The translations under genes and the position numbers were made by a program. This document shows positions 1 to 10,216 of a stretch of DNA of 64,000 nucleotides, one piece after another. Numbering within the stretch: position 1 is the first letter of the stretch; the number at the start of each line of letters is the position of its first letter. Under the pieces are notes generated by a model, which saw nothing but the letters and a program-made list of their open reading frames with translations, was not told where the DNA came from and searched no databases. This DNA is from an uncultured Gemmatimonadaceae bacterium (GTDB lineage Bacteria > Latescibacterota > UBA2968 > UBA8231), in the NCBI GenBank assembly GCA_964512165.1, contig CAZEHQ010000003.1:545-64544 (forward strand), given 5' to 3'.

Positions 1-272
1 TGCGTCCTGTCTGCGGTGGGTCCCTTCATGTCGAGGGGTCTCCGTGAATGCCCGGTCGGCGTCGTGGGTGGGCGGCCAATAATAGGCGGTCCCGGAGACC
101 GGCGCCTCAACCGCCGGCCTCCCGGCGGCCCCCGATCCGGAGAGGGGGCCATAGTGGCAAGTCGCAGAATAGGTTGCATCTGTTCCCCGGGCCTTGCGGC
201 GGGTGGTCAGGGTCCCTCGGGCCCGAGGGAATCCAGAAAAGGTTTGGAGATCGTCCGATTGCGCCTTAAGTT

Positions 273-302
273 GGTGAGATATCACCGTACCGCCGTACGG
301 TG
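273..302. promoter_or_regulatory. Two overlapping palindromes upstream of the first gene (possible operator or hairpin)
   Basis: GGTGAGATATCACC (273-286) is self-complementary at 6 of 7 pairs. It overlaps CACCGTAC-cgcc-GTACGGTG (283-302). Both lie about 55 nt upstream of the ATG at 358. Confidence 0.25.
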
Positions 303-357
303 GCCACGATTCATCGTCGATCAACCCTCTCTTACACTGAATCAGGAGCAAAAGCGC

Positions 358-2268
358 ATGAGAGTCGCACGACTCGTCTTCGTCACCGGGGCCCTGGTAG
401 CGCTCACCGCCGGCATGGCGGTGGCCCAGGGAGCCATCGGCGGCGAGGACAACCAGATCACCGAGAGCCGCATGCCCACGGCGCTCACGGTCGAGGTGGC
501 GGACATGACCGTCAGCAGCTTCCCCGTGGACATCCCCTTCACCACCAGCGGCTCGGCGGCCACGGTCTACCTGGCCGTGTACACCAATCTCTCCGACGCC
601 GACCTGCCGGGGCTCACCACCGAGGGCGATCTGAACTGGCATTCCTACCAGGAGATCGACTACGCCCTCCACGTCTCCCCCGGCTCGCGCTTCGAGCCCG
701 GCTCCCACTCCATCGCCTGGGACGGCACCGACATGAACGGCAACGCCGTCGACCCGTCGGGCAGCTACCGGTTCTTCATCATCGCCCTCGACGATGAGGC
801 GCCGGTCAACATGGTGGGCTACACCAACGCCCGCCACACCTCCGAGTCCTGCCTGGCCCGCGACCAGAACGGCGACCTCTACATCCTCAGCGGCGGTTCC
901 GTGGTGCGGCTCACGGACGGCGGCCCCCGGCACCTGATCATCAGCAAGGTCGGAACCAACTGGCTGGAGACGCCGGGCGCCTGGCAGGCGATCGACGTGG
1001 AGGACATGGTGGCCTCGGTGCGCCATGAGGACGACATCGTGCCCGTCGAGTGGGCCGGCGGCGGCAACGGCAAGCAGTACGGCTCGCTGCCCGGCGACTT
1101 CTACGGCGATTCCTGGGACGGCACGATCTACGGGTCGATCAAGTTCAACGTCGATCCGGCCAACGGCCAGGTCACCCTCGACAACAACTTCGGCGACCAG
1201 GGCGACGGCCGCCTGAAGTTCGAGCCCTTCAGCGACGGCAACCTCATCGTCGGCTCCACGGGCATCGATTCCTGGGACGGTCTCATCTACTACCCGATCT
1301 ACGACCGGGGCCGCGAGACCGCTCCGCACTCGAACGTGGGGGTCCAGGACCCGACCACCGGCGAGGTCGTCGATGTCCTCGACCTGTCCGAGTGGAACGT
1401 GGTGCAGGTGGAGGATGCCGACGGCAACCCGACCCAGTCCGCCTTCAGCCCCCACGACATCTGGGTTGACGGCACCGGCGTCTACGTGGTCGGATACGCC
1501 GCCGCGCTGCACCTCAAGGTCACCCTCGACGGCGAGCTCAAGTGGATCAACAACAACGGCGACGGCTTCGCCGACAGCATCAACCCCGACACCGGCGAGT
1601 TCGACTACGGTTCCTTCGCCCTCACGCCCTGGAACACGTCGGGCTCGGGGAGCAAGGACGGCTGGGGCTTCGCCTACATCCCGCTGCTGGGCAGCACCAC
1701 CAGCACGGTGGACATCCTCGGCCCGGACGGCACGGGGATCCTGCACATGGTCGCCACCCACGCCCCCGCCCACTGGCCGCAGTGGGTCGAGTCGATCGAG
1801 GAGGACGGTCCCTACGACGGTCTCTACTGGGACATCGGCTCGCGGCGCGGCGGCGGCGCCGACCCCTGGGACCTGCCCGACTTCACCGGGTTCCCGGCGC
1901 GTCAGGCGATCCACTTCCCCTTCGACCTCAAGTCGGCCGTGATCAACAGCGACACGGCCGTCGAGGAGGTCGCGGGCGCCGGCAAGCCCGGTTCCTACAG
2001 CCTCGGGGACGCCTATCCCAACCCCTTCAACCCGGAGTCTACGATCCGCTTCAGCCTCCCCCGGGAGGAGCACGTGACCCTTCAGGTCTTCAGCCTGACG
2101 GGCCAGCTGGTCAAGACTCTGCACGAGGGCTACGTTGAGGCCGGCGTCTACGAGAGCGTCTGGGACGGCATGGACGAGGCCGGGGCGAGCGTGGCCAGCG
2201 GTGTCTACCTGTACAACCTGCAGGCCGGCTCCTTCCAGCAGACCAAGAAGCTGACCCTGCTCAAGTAG
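358..2268 (+). CDS. Secreted protein with a T9SS-type C-terminal sorting domain (Por_Secre_tail / FlgD-Ig-like)
   Basis: Lies in ORF 16..2268. The ATG at 358 gives the signal peptide MRVARLVFVTGALVALTAGMAVAQG. The C-terminus AYPNPFNPESTIRFSLP...GVYLYNLQAGSFQQTKKLTLLK fits the CTD pattern. The N-terminal region has the FlgD-Ig-like motif IAWDGTDMNGNAVDPSGSYRF. Confidence 0.75.
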   Translation: MRVARLVFVTGALVALTAGMAVAQGAIGGEDNQITESRMPTALTVEVADMTVSSFPVDIPFTTSGSAATVYLAVYTNLSDADLPGLTTEGDLNWHSYQEIDYALHVSPGSRFEPGSHSIAWDGTDMNGNAVDPSGSYRFFIIALDDEAPVNMVGYTNARHTSESCLARDQNGDLYILSGGSVVRLTDGGPRHLIISKVGTNWLETPGAWQAIDVEDMVASVRHEDDIVPVEWAGGGNGKQYGSLPGDFYGDSWDGTIYGSIKFNVDPANGQVTLDNNFGDQGDGRLKFEPFSDGNLIVGSTGIDSWDGLIYYPIYDRGRETAPHSNVGVQDPTTGEVVDVLDLSEWNVVQVEDADGNPTQSAFSPHDIWVDGTGVYVVGYAAALHLKVTLDGELKWINNNGDGFADSINPDTGEFDYGSFALTPWNTSGSGSKDGWGFAYIPLLGSTTSTVDILGPDGTGILHMVATHAPAHWPQWVESIEEDGPYDGLYWDIGSRRGGGADPWDLPDFTGFPARQAIHFPFDLKSAVINSDTAVEEVAGAGKPGSYSLGDAYPNPFNPESTIRFSLPREEHVTLQVFSLTGQLVKTLHEGYVEAGVYESVWDGMDEAGASVASGVYLYNLQAGSFQQTKKLTLLK

Positions 2269-2293
2269 CGGACAGCGGCAGTATCGGCAGATG

Positions 2294-2341
2294 GACAAGG
2301 TGGGCGATCTCTTCGAGGGTCGCTCACCTTGTCTGTTTTGT
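2294..2341 (+). terminator. Rho-independent terminator-like hairpin after the first gene
   Basis: GACAAGGTG (2294-2302) pairs with CACCTTGTC (2325-2333). It is followed by TGTTTTG and starts 26 nt after the stop at 2268. Confidence 0.5.
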
Positions 2342-2431
2342 GCCTCTCCTCCGGGCCGGTGACCGGGTGCGCGGCTGTCGGACCCGCTGGTTTGGCGCAG
2401 GCCCCTCCCGGAGCCAATCGCCGGCATCTCC

Positions 2432-4645
2432 ATGATCCGCGGGCCCGGGGGCCGACAGTGGTGGGATCCTCCGCCAGAAAAGGGAAGAAGGCTCTCATTG
2501 CGAACAGGACTTCCTTCGCTCTTGTCGGGTCTGCTGTTCCTCGGCGGCCTCGCGGGGCCGGCCGTGGCCGACGTGCTCCGCATCGGCCACTGGCAGCAGA
2601 CCACCTACTACCGCCACACCTTCCAGGCCGATGAAGCGAGGGACGCCCTGCTGCGGATCACCGCCGTGGGGGAGTACGTCGCCTGGCTCAACGGCGAGGA
2701 GGTCGCCGCCGACGGCGACTGGCGGACCGCCGAGGCGGTCCCCATCTCCGCGCAGCAGGGCGACAACCACATCGCCGTGGCGGTGACCAACGTCCCCGGG
2801 GAGGCCGGCGCCGGGCTCCTCCTCAGCCTCCAGGGCGGCCCCCTCGTCGCCCGCAGCACCTTCTCCGACGAGATCACCCCGTGGTACTGGACGGGGGAGA
2901 GCCAGGAGGGCACGGCCTGGACGACGGCCGACGTGCAGGGCGCGTGGAGCCGGGTCGGCGCCGGGTCTCTCGACAGGGTGGGGGTGAGCGAGGCGATCTT
3001 CCATCCGGAGGCGGAGGTGGTCGCCGGCTATCCGAGCGAGGTCAACGTCGCCAGTTCCCCGGGGGGCCGCATCGTCCTGGCCGATCAGCGCGGGCGCAAC
3101 ATCGCCCTCGGGACCAACGCCAGCGAGGTGGGCGTCACCGACGGGTCCCTGGGCCTTCCGGTGTGGTCCCTGCCCCAGGGGCTCGGAGCGCTGAACCGCG
3201 TCCTCAACATCGCCCTGCCGGGCCTGACCCGGATCAACCGGGTCCGGGTGATCACCAAGCCCCCGGAGGGCAACGAGACCTGGCAGGGCAACTCCCTCCT
3301 CGGGTACTCGGTGCAGGTCAGCGAGGACCAGTCCCGCTGGATCGAGATGGGGGGGGTCAACGACATCGACACCCCCGTCTACACCGAGGTCCGCTTCAAT
3401 CCGGTCCTGGCGCGCCACGTCCGGGTGCAGGTGACCCAGGCCGAGGTCGGCGCCGACCCCGCGAAAGTGGCGGAGATCCAGATCTACGGGGTCGACTTTG
3501 TTCCCGCCGGGGCCTACGTCTCGCCGCCGCTGGACCTGGGGGACCCGGAGGCGGTGAAGAACTACGGCCGCGCCCGCTGGTGGGGGGAGGTTCCCCCCGG
3601 GACGTCCCTCGGTCTGCAGTTCAGCACCGGCGACAGCCCCGACCCGGCCGACGGCAGCTGGAGCGCCTGGAGCGCGGAGTTCGCGGACTCGGGGGCCCTC
3701 ATCCCTTCTCCCGAGCCCCGCCGCTACCTGCGCTACCGCGTGAACCTGCGCACCGACGATCTCGAGTTCACCCCCGCCCTCGACAGCCTCGAGATCGACT
3801 ATGACGCGGCGGCCATCGCGGCGCGCAGCGCCACCGCTTCGGTCGTTCCCAACGAGGCTCCCATGGGGGAAGACGTGGACTTCCGCTTCAGCATCGGCAT
3901 AACCCTCGAAGAAGGGGATGCCCTGGAACGGGTCCGGGTCCGCCTTCCCAGCCTCCCCAGCGCCGTGAACTCGATCCAGCTGCTGGGGCAGGAAGTCGCC
4001 GTGCCGGAGTTCCCCACGAACCCGGAGGGCGTGGACGCGGGCGGCCGGACTCTGCGGGTGGTTCCCGCCGACGTGCGAGACGTGGACATCGCCTTCGATC
4101 CTCCCCTTACCTCCGCCGACGGCAGCGAGATCACCCTGGCCGTCTCGGCGCGGTGCGCCCTCTACACCGATACCCACGATTTCCGCGCCTTCCTCTTCAG
4201 TCCGGGCTCCGACAATCCCCTGAACGTGCTGGAAGAGACCGCCGACGGAGCCTCCTGGACCGTGGTGGTGAGCGATGTCGTGGCCGGAGACCTGCTCGAG
4301 GTCCGAGCGCAGCCATCGGCCTTCTCCCCCAATGGAGACGGCATCAACGACTTCACGATCATCGAGTTCGCCCTCACCAAGGTGACCGAGCCCCGCCGGG
4401 TGGACGTCGATCTGTACGACCTGGGGGGGCGCCGGGTCCGGAGGCTGGAGACGCCGCGCCTCATCGGCGGCCGGTACCTCCATCCCGGCCTGGGCGCCGC
4501 GGGGTCGGCGTTTTCTCCCGGGTTCTGGGACGGCAGGGACGATGCCGGCAACCTGGTGCCGCCGGGGATCTACCTGTTCTCGGTGCGGGCGAAGCTGGAC
4601 GACGGCGACGAGGCCGTCTCCGGAGTGGTGCATGTGGTCTACTGA
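2432..4645 (+). CDS. Secreted protein with a discoidin (F5/8 type C)-like domain and an FSPNGDG-type FlgD-Ig / CTD C-terminus
   Basis: Signal-like LSGLLFLGGLAGPAVADV. An alternative TTG start at 2498 is preceded by AGGGAAGAAGG. Discoidin-like segment: RINRVRVITKP...ARHVRVQVTQ...VAEIQIYG. C-terminus: SAFSPNGDGINDFTIIEF...FWDGRDDAGNLVPPGIYLFSV. Confidence 0.75.
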   Translation: MIRGPGGRQWWDPPPEKGRRLSLRTGLPSLLSGLLFLGGLAGPAVADVLRIGHWQQTTYYRHTFQADEARDALLRITAVGEYVAWLNGEEVAADGDWRTAEAVPISAQQGDNHIAVAVTNVPGEAGAGLLLSLQGGPLVARSTFSDEITPWYWTGESQEGTAWTTADVQGAWSRVGAGSLDRVGVSEAIFHPEAEVVAGYPSEVNVASSPGGRIVLADQRGRNIALGTNASEVGVTDGSLGLPVWSLPQGLGALNRVLNIALPGLTRINRVRVITKPPEGNETWQGNSLLGYSVQVSEDQSRWIEMGGVNDIDTPVYTEVRFNPVLARHVRVQVTQAEVGADPAKVAEIQIYGVDFVPAGAYVSPPLDLGDPEAVKNYGRARWWGEVPPGTSLGLQFSTGDSPDPADGSWSAWSAEFADSGALIPSPEPRRYLRYRVNLRTDDLEFTPALDSLEIDYDAAAIAARSATASVVPNEAPMGEDVDFRFSIGITLEEGDALERVRVRLPSLPSAVNSIQLLGQEVAVPEFPTNPEGVDAGGRTLRVVPADVRDVDIAFDPPLTSADGSEITLAVSARCALYTDTHDFRAFLFSPGSDNPLNVLEETADGASWTVVVSDVVAGDLLEVRAQPSAFSPNGDGINDFTIIEFALTKVTEPRRVDVDLYDLGGRRVRRLETPRLIGGRYLHPGLGAAGSAFSPGFWDGRDDAGNLVPPGIYLFSVRAKLDDGDEAVSGVVHVVY

Positions 4646-4675
4646 GAGGTCCTCCCGGGGAGGCGCCGAGGGGCC

Positions 4676-7381
4676 GTGAAGGTCAGAGTCCTCACACGAT
4701 CCGCTCTCGCGGCACTGGCGGCGCCCCTGCTGCTGTGGTCGTCCGCCGAGGCCCAGATGCTCTCGCGCGACGACTATCCTCTGTGGCAGAAGGAGGACTA
4801 CGAGAATATCGGCCGCTTCGGCTACCGCGACTTCGACGAGCGCGACGTGGAGCGGCGGGTCTACGACCCCTTCGGCGTCTACCTCATCGACGGCGTTCCG
4901 GTCTTCGCCCTCGAGGAAACCCGCACCCGGGGGCCCGAGCGCGGCAGCGGCATCTTCAAGAGCCCGCTCTATCCGAGCATCTTCCGCAACCTGATGATCG
5001 GCATGGACTCCTACCGGGGCTGGGCGGCGTCGGTCATGGTGGGCGACGCCGTGCCCACGCGGTTCTCCTCCCTCACCCTGAACCTGAGCCGCCTCAACGG
5101 CATCCGCTTCGACGCCTCCTCCCGCAAGTCGAGCTTCAGCATCGTGGGGTCGCGCATATCCGACCCGGTGCTGCTGGCCACGGGCCTGACCCAGAGCGGC
5201 GTGCAGGTCAACCCCGAGGGCGTCTTCGGAAGGCCGACCTTCGGCAGCTACCTCATCGGCGGCCACTGGGAGACGACCCTGGGCAACGTCCTCACCCTCG
5301 GATCGACGTACGTCAACGTCCACAACTTCGACAGCGTCGCCGGCCGCGACGAGGGCTCCCTGAAGGGGGTCGTCCCGTTCTCCGGCCTGGATGAGGCGAG
5401 GTCGGTCTTCGTCATCGTGAGCGACGACTCCCACTGGGACGGCGACGGCCCCAAGATCTTCCGCATGGAGATGTACGTCGACGGCGAGCTGAGGGACGAC
5501 ATCGAGCCCATGATCCGCATGCTGCCCTCGGTGCCCGTTCTCGTGGGGGAGGCGAACCGCGAGATCGGCCTCGGAACGAGCGAGATCAACCTGCGGCGGG
5601 CGGACCGGCCTTCGTGGCTGATCGAGAGCTACCGGATGGAGGAGATCGTCCGCGAGGGCTACGACCCGCGGGGCCGGCTCAGCAACTTCACCAGCGGCGG
5701 ACTGTTCTTCAAGGGAGGCGTGCCCGTTGAGCATGAGGGGGTCCCCTTCCTGCGGGCCGAGGGCACCGACGTCCTCGTGTACCGGTTCGAGGTGCCCCCG
5801 GGGACGAGGGAGGTCCGCTTCCGGGCCCTCGCCGCCGGGGACTACGTGATCGACGTGGCCAGCGCCCTCGGCTGGGTCGGGACGGACGTGCAGTGGCGCG
5901 ACTGGCACACGGTGAAGCGCGCCGCCAACAACGTCCGCGACGACGGCAACATGGGGTGGGTCACCTTCCGCTACGGCTTTCCCACCGGCATGGCCCTCTT
6001 CGGCATGGACTTCGAGGCCAGCTTACTCGGCTTCCGGGCCTGGGGGGAGTTCGCCCGCAACCGGTCGTACTTCAAGTTTCCCTCCGGCCGGGGGGAGCGC
6101 CTGTCCACCACCGAGGACGCCTGGTTCATCAACCTCCACCGGGACATGGGCGCCTGGGACCTGGGCTTCGAGTACATGAACATGCCCTCGACCTTCGCCA
6201 CGAGCTTCCCGGCCCTCATGCAGAATCCGCGGCAGAACGTGGTGGCCCCCTTCGAGCTGGTGGACGACAACGACGACCGCGACGAGTGGCCCGACCGCTG
6301 GGAGCAGCAGCGCGACTTCGCCTCCCTCAACCTCACGCCGGCTCCGGGGGCGGGACTGGGCTTCGGCGTCTTCCCCGGCCTCGACGTCGACAACGACGGC
6401 AGGCGGGACAACGTCTGGTACCGCGGCGGCGACCGGATCCTGACCTACTACGACCAGCCCTTCGTCTTCGGCGACGACTTCAACAACAACGGGCTGGTGG
6501 ACGGGTGGGAGAACGACAACCGGGCGGACTACCCCTACGACCAGGACCGCAGGGGAGGGCACGCCTTCCTCACCTGGAGGCCGTTCTCCGACCGGAAGAG
6601 CGTGTGGATGCGCCTCGGCGGTTACGACGTGCGCCAGCCCGACGGCGGCGGCCGGGACCGGGCCACCTACCTGAAAGCCAACTACCTGCGGCGCTGGGAG
6701 GGGCTCGGGCGGGTGCAGCTGAGCTACTACGGCAAGAGGGTCCGGGACGACGTGCCCAACGACCTCTATGTCCTCAGCGCCAGCTACAGCGTCATGCCCG
6801 ACCGGCTGCTGCTGCGCAACAGCCTGGTGAACACCGTCCTGGCGGGTGCCCACCTGAATACCGACGCCTTGCCGGATCTCAACATCTACAACGACATCCG
6901 GCTGTCGGTGAACGACCAGCGGGAGCTGGCGGATGAGCACTGCCAGCAGCCCGAGGCCCGGGTGACGAGCGTGGGCTACGTGGCCCGGGCCGACTACACC
7001 TGGCACCTCGGACCGAGCCTGAGCTTCGGCCCCATGTTCAAGGCCACCGTCAACCGCACCCTGGCGCGCCTGCCCAGCCTACGGAACCACACCTATACCC
7101 TGACACCCCTCTTCCGGGGCGACTACCGGCTCGCGTCGAAGACCGTGCTCAGAGGGGGGCTTCTGGGCCTGCCCTTCCGGGCGCGCTCCCGGAACCTGCT
7201 GTGGCCGTTCCTCGACAACGACTCCTGGTACTACATCCTGCTGCTGGAGAACCTCGGCAACTACCGCGGCATCGACGTGAGCACCAGCATCGGCTTCCAG
7301 AAGAACTTCATCCGTTACGTCTCCTCGCACCGGGTCCCCTCCGGGTCCGAGCGCTACTTCATCCGGCTGCGGATCGGTTAG
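4676..7381 (+). CDS. Giant outer-membrane-type protein, paralog 1 of 3 (Asp-rich calcium-binding-like loops)
   Basis: GTG start. Signal peptide MKVRVLTRSALAALAAPLLLWSSAEAQ. Shares blocks with the next two genes: FSSLTLNLSRLNGIRFD, GPKIFRMEMYVDGELR, VDDNDDRDEWPDRW, VFPGLDVDNDGRRDN, DDFNNNGLVDGWENDNRADYPYDQD. Confidence 0.75.
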   Translation: MKVRVLTRSALAALAAPLLLWSSAEAQMLSRDDYPLWQKEDYENIGRFGYRDFDERDVERRVYDPFGVYLIDGVPVFALEETRTRGPERGSGIFKSPLYPSIFRNLMIGMDSYRGWAASVMVGDAVPTRFSSLTLNLSRLNGIRFDASSRKSSFSIVGSRISDPVLLATGLTQSGVQVNPEGVFGRPTFGSYLIGGHWETTLGNVLTLGSTYVNVHNFDSVAGRDEGSLKGVVPFSGLDEARSVFVIVSDDSHWDGDGPKIFRMEMYVDGELRDDIEPMIRMLPSVPVLVGEANREIGLGTSEINLRRADRPSWLIESYRMEEIVREGYDPRGRLSNFTSGGLFFKGGVPVEHEGVPFLRAEGTDVLVYRFEVPPGTREVRFRALAAGDYVIDVASALGWVGTDVQWRDWHTVKRAANNVRDDGNMGWVTFRYGFPTGMALFGMDFEASLLGFRAWGEFARNRSYFKFPSGRGERLSTTEDAWFINLHRDMGAWDLGFEYMNMPSTFATSFPALMQNPRQNVVAPFELVDDNDDRDEWPDRWEQQRDFASLNLTPAPGAGLGFGVFPGLDVDNDGRRDNVWYRGGDRILTYYDQPFVFGDDFNNNGLVDGWENDNRADYPYDQDRRGGHAFLTWRPFSDRKSVWMRLGGYDVRQPDGGGRDRATYLKANYLRRWEGLGRVQLSYYGKRVRDDVPNDLYVLSASYSVMPDRLLLRNSLVNTVLAGAHLNTDALPDLNIYNDIRLSVNDQRELADEHCQQPEARVTSVGYVARADYTWHLGPSLSFGPMFKATVNRTLARLPSLRNHTYTLTPLFRGDYRLASKTVLRGGLLGLPFRARSRNLLWPFLDNDSWYYILLLENLGNYRGIDVSTSIGFQKNFIRYVSSHRVPSGSERYFIRLRIG

Positions 7382-7387
7382 GCGGCC

Positions 7388-10216
7388 ATGGGCAGGTCCC
7401 GCATCCTCCTTCGTCTCGCCGCCGCCGCCCTGGTCCTGCAGGGAGGGCCGGCGGACAGCGCCGTGCGCGGTCCCGGCCTCTTCCTCTACCGGCCGGGCGA
7501 GGGCTACACGACCCATGCCCGGGAGCCCTACAAGCACTGGCCGCGCTCCTACCTGGTGCGCCCCGAGGACCTCGTCTTCGACGAGCTGGGCAACTTCGTG
7601 GTCGAGGGCATCGAGGTCTTCCGGCTGCGGGAGTCCCGGACCCTGAATCCGGAGCCGGGCAGCCTCATCGACAAGAGCCGCTATTTCAAGGACTACCTCA
7701 GCCGGCTCTCCGTCGCCTCCGACTCCTACGGGGACTTCCACACCACCCTCGCCGTGGGCGACCAGATCCGCACCAAGTTCACATCTCTCACCCTGGACCT
7801 GGCGGCGATGAACGGCATCCGCTGGGACATGAGCACCTCCCGGGGGGACTTCACCCTCGTCAACTCCCGCCTCGACTACCCGATCTTCGACGTCACCGCC
7901 AACGACGACAACCGGCAGCACAACTACAGCGCCGTCGGCACCAAGCCGCCGTTCTTCGCCACGTACCTGCTGGGCTCCCACGTGCGCACCCGCATCGGGG
8001 CCCTGAACCTCGGGGCGGCGTGGGTCAACCAGTACCGCATCAACAGCCTCCTGGGGCGCGGGGAGTGGGACCTGCGCGGCGCCATCCCGGGGAACACGCC
8101 CGCCATCGACTACCTGGTGATCCGCTTCGCCGACGGATCGATCGAGGACGGCGGCGGGCCCCGCGTCTACGATCTCGACGTCTACATCAACGGCGAGCTG
8201 CGGCCGGAGCTGCGGGTCCACCCGGACGCCGCCTCGGCGGCGGGCATCGACGACACGGGGCGCATCATCGTGACCCGCCACCACGTGGAGGACATCGATC
8301 CCGCCTTTCCGAACGGCGACAAGCTGTACCCCCGGGAGCTGGGCCGCGAGATCCCGCCCTACGTGGAGTTCATCAGCGGCCTCCTGCCCGAGGAGTTCCC
8401 CGGCGAGCGGGGGTACCTGGAAGCCCACGGCAAGGAGTACCTCCTCTACTGGGTGCCCCTGGGCGAGGAGGACGTGAACGAGGTTTCCTTCAGGGCCAAG
8501 GTGGCCAACGACTACCGGATCAGCATGTCCGAGGTCTATGCCAACGTCCCTGCCCGAGCGCGCAAGGACCGGACCCCGCGCGACCGCAACCGGGCCCTCT
8601 ACTTCCAGGACGTGGCCCACGCCCGGGGCCGGATCCAGGATCTCTCCAACCTGGGGGTGGTGGAGTTCCAGTACGGCCGGCAGACGGGCCGGATGCTCGC
8701 CGGCGTGCACGCCGACCTGGAGGTGGACGACTTCTCCTTCCGGGCGGAGTACGACGTGAGCACCGACTTCCGGCGCTATCCCGTGGCTGCCGGCAAGCGC
8801 AGCCGCTCACGGGGCGACGCCTTCTTCGCCAACGCCACCCTGCGGCGCGGAGACTGGTCCTTCGGCGGCGAGGTGTTCTCCATGGACCCGGAGTACGGCA
8901 CCTCCCTGCACGTGCAGGACCCGTCCTACCAGAGCTTCGTCACCCTGCCCTTCGCCCCCCTGGACAGCGAGATCGCGGGCGGTCTCAAGGGCATCGACGG
9001 GTTCAACCAGAGCTCCCTCAACGGCACCCTGGTCTTCGACACGGTAGAGGACAACGACGACAAGGACCGCTTCGCCGACACACACTACATCGAGTCGAGG
9101 CGCGATCTCGACGGCGTCTTCCCGGGCCTCGATCTCGACCAGGACGGCCGGCCCGAGACCAACCGCAACAACAACGGCATTCCCGACTACCTCGAGCCCT
9201 TCCTGCTCTTCGAGGTCAACCCCGAGGAGTACGACTACGGCGACGACCTCAACAACAACGGCATCATCGACATCCGCGAGGACGACCCCACCGTCGACTA
9301 CCCGTACGACCCCGACCTGGCGGGAGTCCACCTCTTCGCCAGCCTCCATCCGCTGCGGGGGGCCTCCCTCACCGTCGGCCGCTACCAGACCCGCCAGATC
9401 GCCGCTGGGGGGGAGAACAATGTTCTGTACGGCAAGGCGGAGTACGAACGCCACCTTCCCTTCTGGGGGAGGTTCACCCTCATCGACTTCGTCAAGAGGG
9501 TGGAGGACGACATCCGCAACGACGTCTTCCTCTTCCCCCGCAACGCCACCTTCGAGTTGCAGGAGGACGTGAGCGGACGCCTCACCGGCACCGGGCTGGG
9601 CGTGACCTTGATCGAGGATCCGCTGCGCATGCAGGACAGTTTCGTCAACACGGCGTACGCCGCCCTCGACTTCGCCGGGCTGAAGCCGATCGACATCCAC
9701 CTCGACTACAAGCACGACTTCAACCACCAGTACGGCCGGGACGGCGGGCCTTCGAACCGCATCATCCGCTCCACCTCCGTGGTCAAGGGCAAGTACTCCC
9801 GGCCTCTCTCGGGGCGCTTCCGGGGGATCACCGTCACCCCCATGGCCAAGCTCATGTCCCAGAAGCTGACGGACGGGCGCTTCCCGGTCTCCGTGCTGCA
9901 CGAGCTGTTCTTCTATCCCATCCTCCGCGTGGACTGGAGGCTCACCCCCCTCACCAGCGTGCGCGTGGGCGCCCAGGGGTTCCCCTTTCTGCGCAGCCGC
10001 TCCCTCGACCTGGTCAATCCCTCCCGCGACTTCGACGGTGAGGACTACGTGGCCATCCTGGCCAACACCTTCACCTACCAGGGCTACGAGGTGAACTTCA
10101 ACGTCGGCTACCAGGTCCAGAAGCGGACCTTCGCCTCCCCGCTCCGGGCCCAGTCCAACGTGGACACCTCCATCTTCTTCTTCCGGGCCCTGGTGGGTCT
10201 GCGTCCGGTGATATAG
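7388..10216 (+). CDS. Giant outer-membrane-type protein, paralog 2 of 3
   Basis: Starts 6 nt after paralog 1. Signal-like MGRSRILLRLAAAALVLQGGPADSA. Blocks: FTSLTLDLAAMNGIRWD, GPRVYDLDVYINGELR, VEDNDDKDRFADTHY, VFPGLDLDQDGRPETNRNNNGIPDYLEPF, DDLNNNGIIDIREDDPTVDYPYDPD. Confidence 0.8.
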   Translation: MGRSRILLRLAAAALVLQGGPADSAVRGPGLFLYRPGEGYTTHAREPYKHWPRSYLVRPEDLVFDELGNFVVEGIEVFRLRESRTLNPEPGSLIDKSRYFKDYLSRLSVASDSYGDFHTTLAVGDQIRTKFTSLTLDLAAMNGIRWDMSTSRGDFTLVNSRLDYPIFDVTANDDNRQHNYSAVGTKPPFFATYLLGSHVRTRIGALNLGAAWVNQYRINSLLGRGEWDLRGAIPGNTPAIDYLVIRFADGSIEDGGGPRVYDLDVYINGELRPELRVHPDAASAAGIDDTGRIIVTRHHVEDIDPAFPNGDKLYPRELGREIPPYVEFISGLLPEEFPGERGYLEAHGKEYLLYWVPLGEEDVNEVSFRAKVANDYRISMSEVYANVPARARKDRTPRDRNRALYFQDVAHARGRIQDLSNLGVVEFQYGRQTGRMLAGVHADLEVDDFSFRAEYDVSTDFRRYPVAAGKRSRSRGDAFFANATLRRGDWSFGGEVFSMDPEYGTSLHVQDPSYQSFVTLPFAPLDSEIAGGLKGIDGFNQSSLNGTLVFDTVEDNDDKDRFADTHYIESRRDLDGVFPGLDLDQDGRPETNRNNNGIPDYLEPFLLFEVNPEEYDYGDDLNNNGIIDIREDDPTVDYPYDPDLAGVHLFASLHPLRGASLTVGRYQTRQIAAGGENNVLYGKAEYERHLPFWGRFTLIDFVKRVEDDIRNDVFLFPRNATFELQEDVSGRLTGTGLGVTLIEDPLRMQDSFVNTAYAALDFAGLKPIDIHLDYKHDFNHQYGRDGGPSNRIIRSTSVVKGKYSRPLSGRFRGITVTPMAKLMSQKLTDGRFPVSVLHELFFYPILRVDWRLTPLTSVRVGAQGFPFLRSRSLDLVNPSRDFDGEDYVAILANTFTYQGYEVNFNVGYQVQKRTFASPLRAQSNVDTSIFFFRALVGLRPVI

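Noticed and set aside
16-357. N-terminal 114-codon extension of the first ORF. Similar extensions occur at 43928-44320, 46111-46509, 18040-18573 and 39250-40452.
   Set aside because: The extensions are Arg/Gly/Pro-rich and precede an internal Met that yields a proper signal peptide or TM segment, often with an RBS or an ATGA-type coupling to the upstream gene.
2495-5908. 1137-aa minus-strand ORF. Similar very long antisense or out-of-frame ORFs occur at 7079..8710(-), 10108..13413(-), 19533..23069(-), 24681..26531(-), 36113..37813(-), 44324..46540(-), 46447..49194(-) and 50340..52274(+).
   Set aside because: These are typical high-G+C artefacts. The translations are dominated by R/G/A/P/V/D/E runs with no recognisable motifs. 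Each is fully overlapped by an opposite-strand or other-frame ORF that carries clear signal peptides and family signatures.
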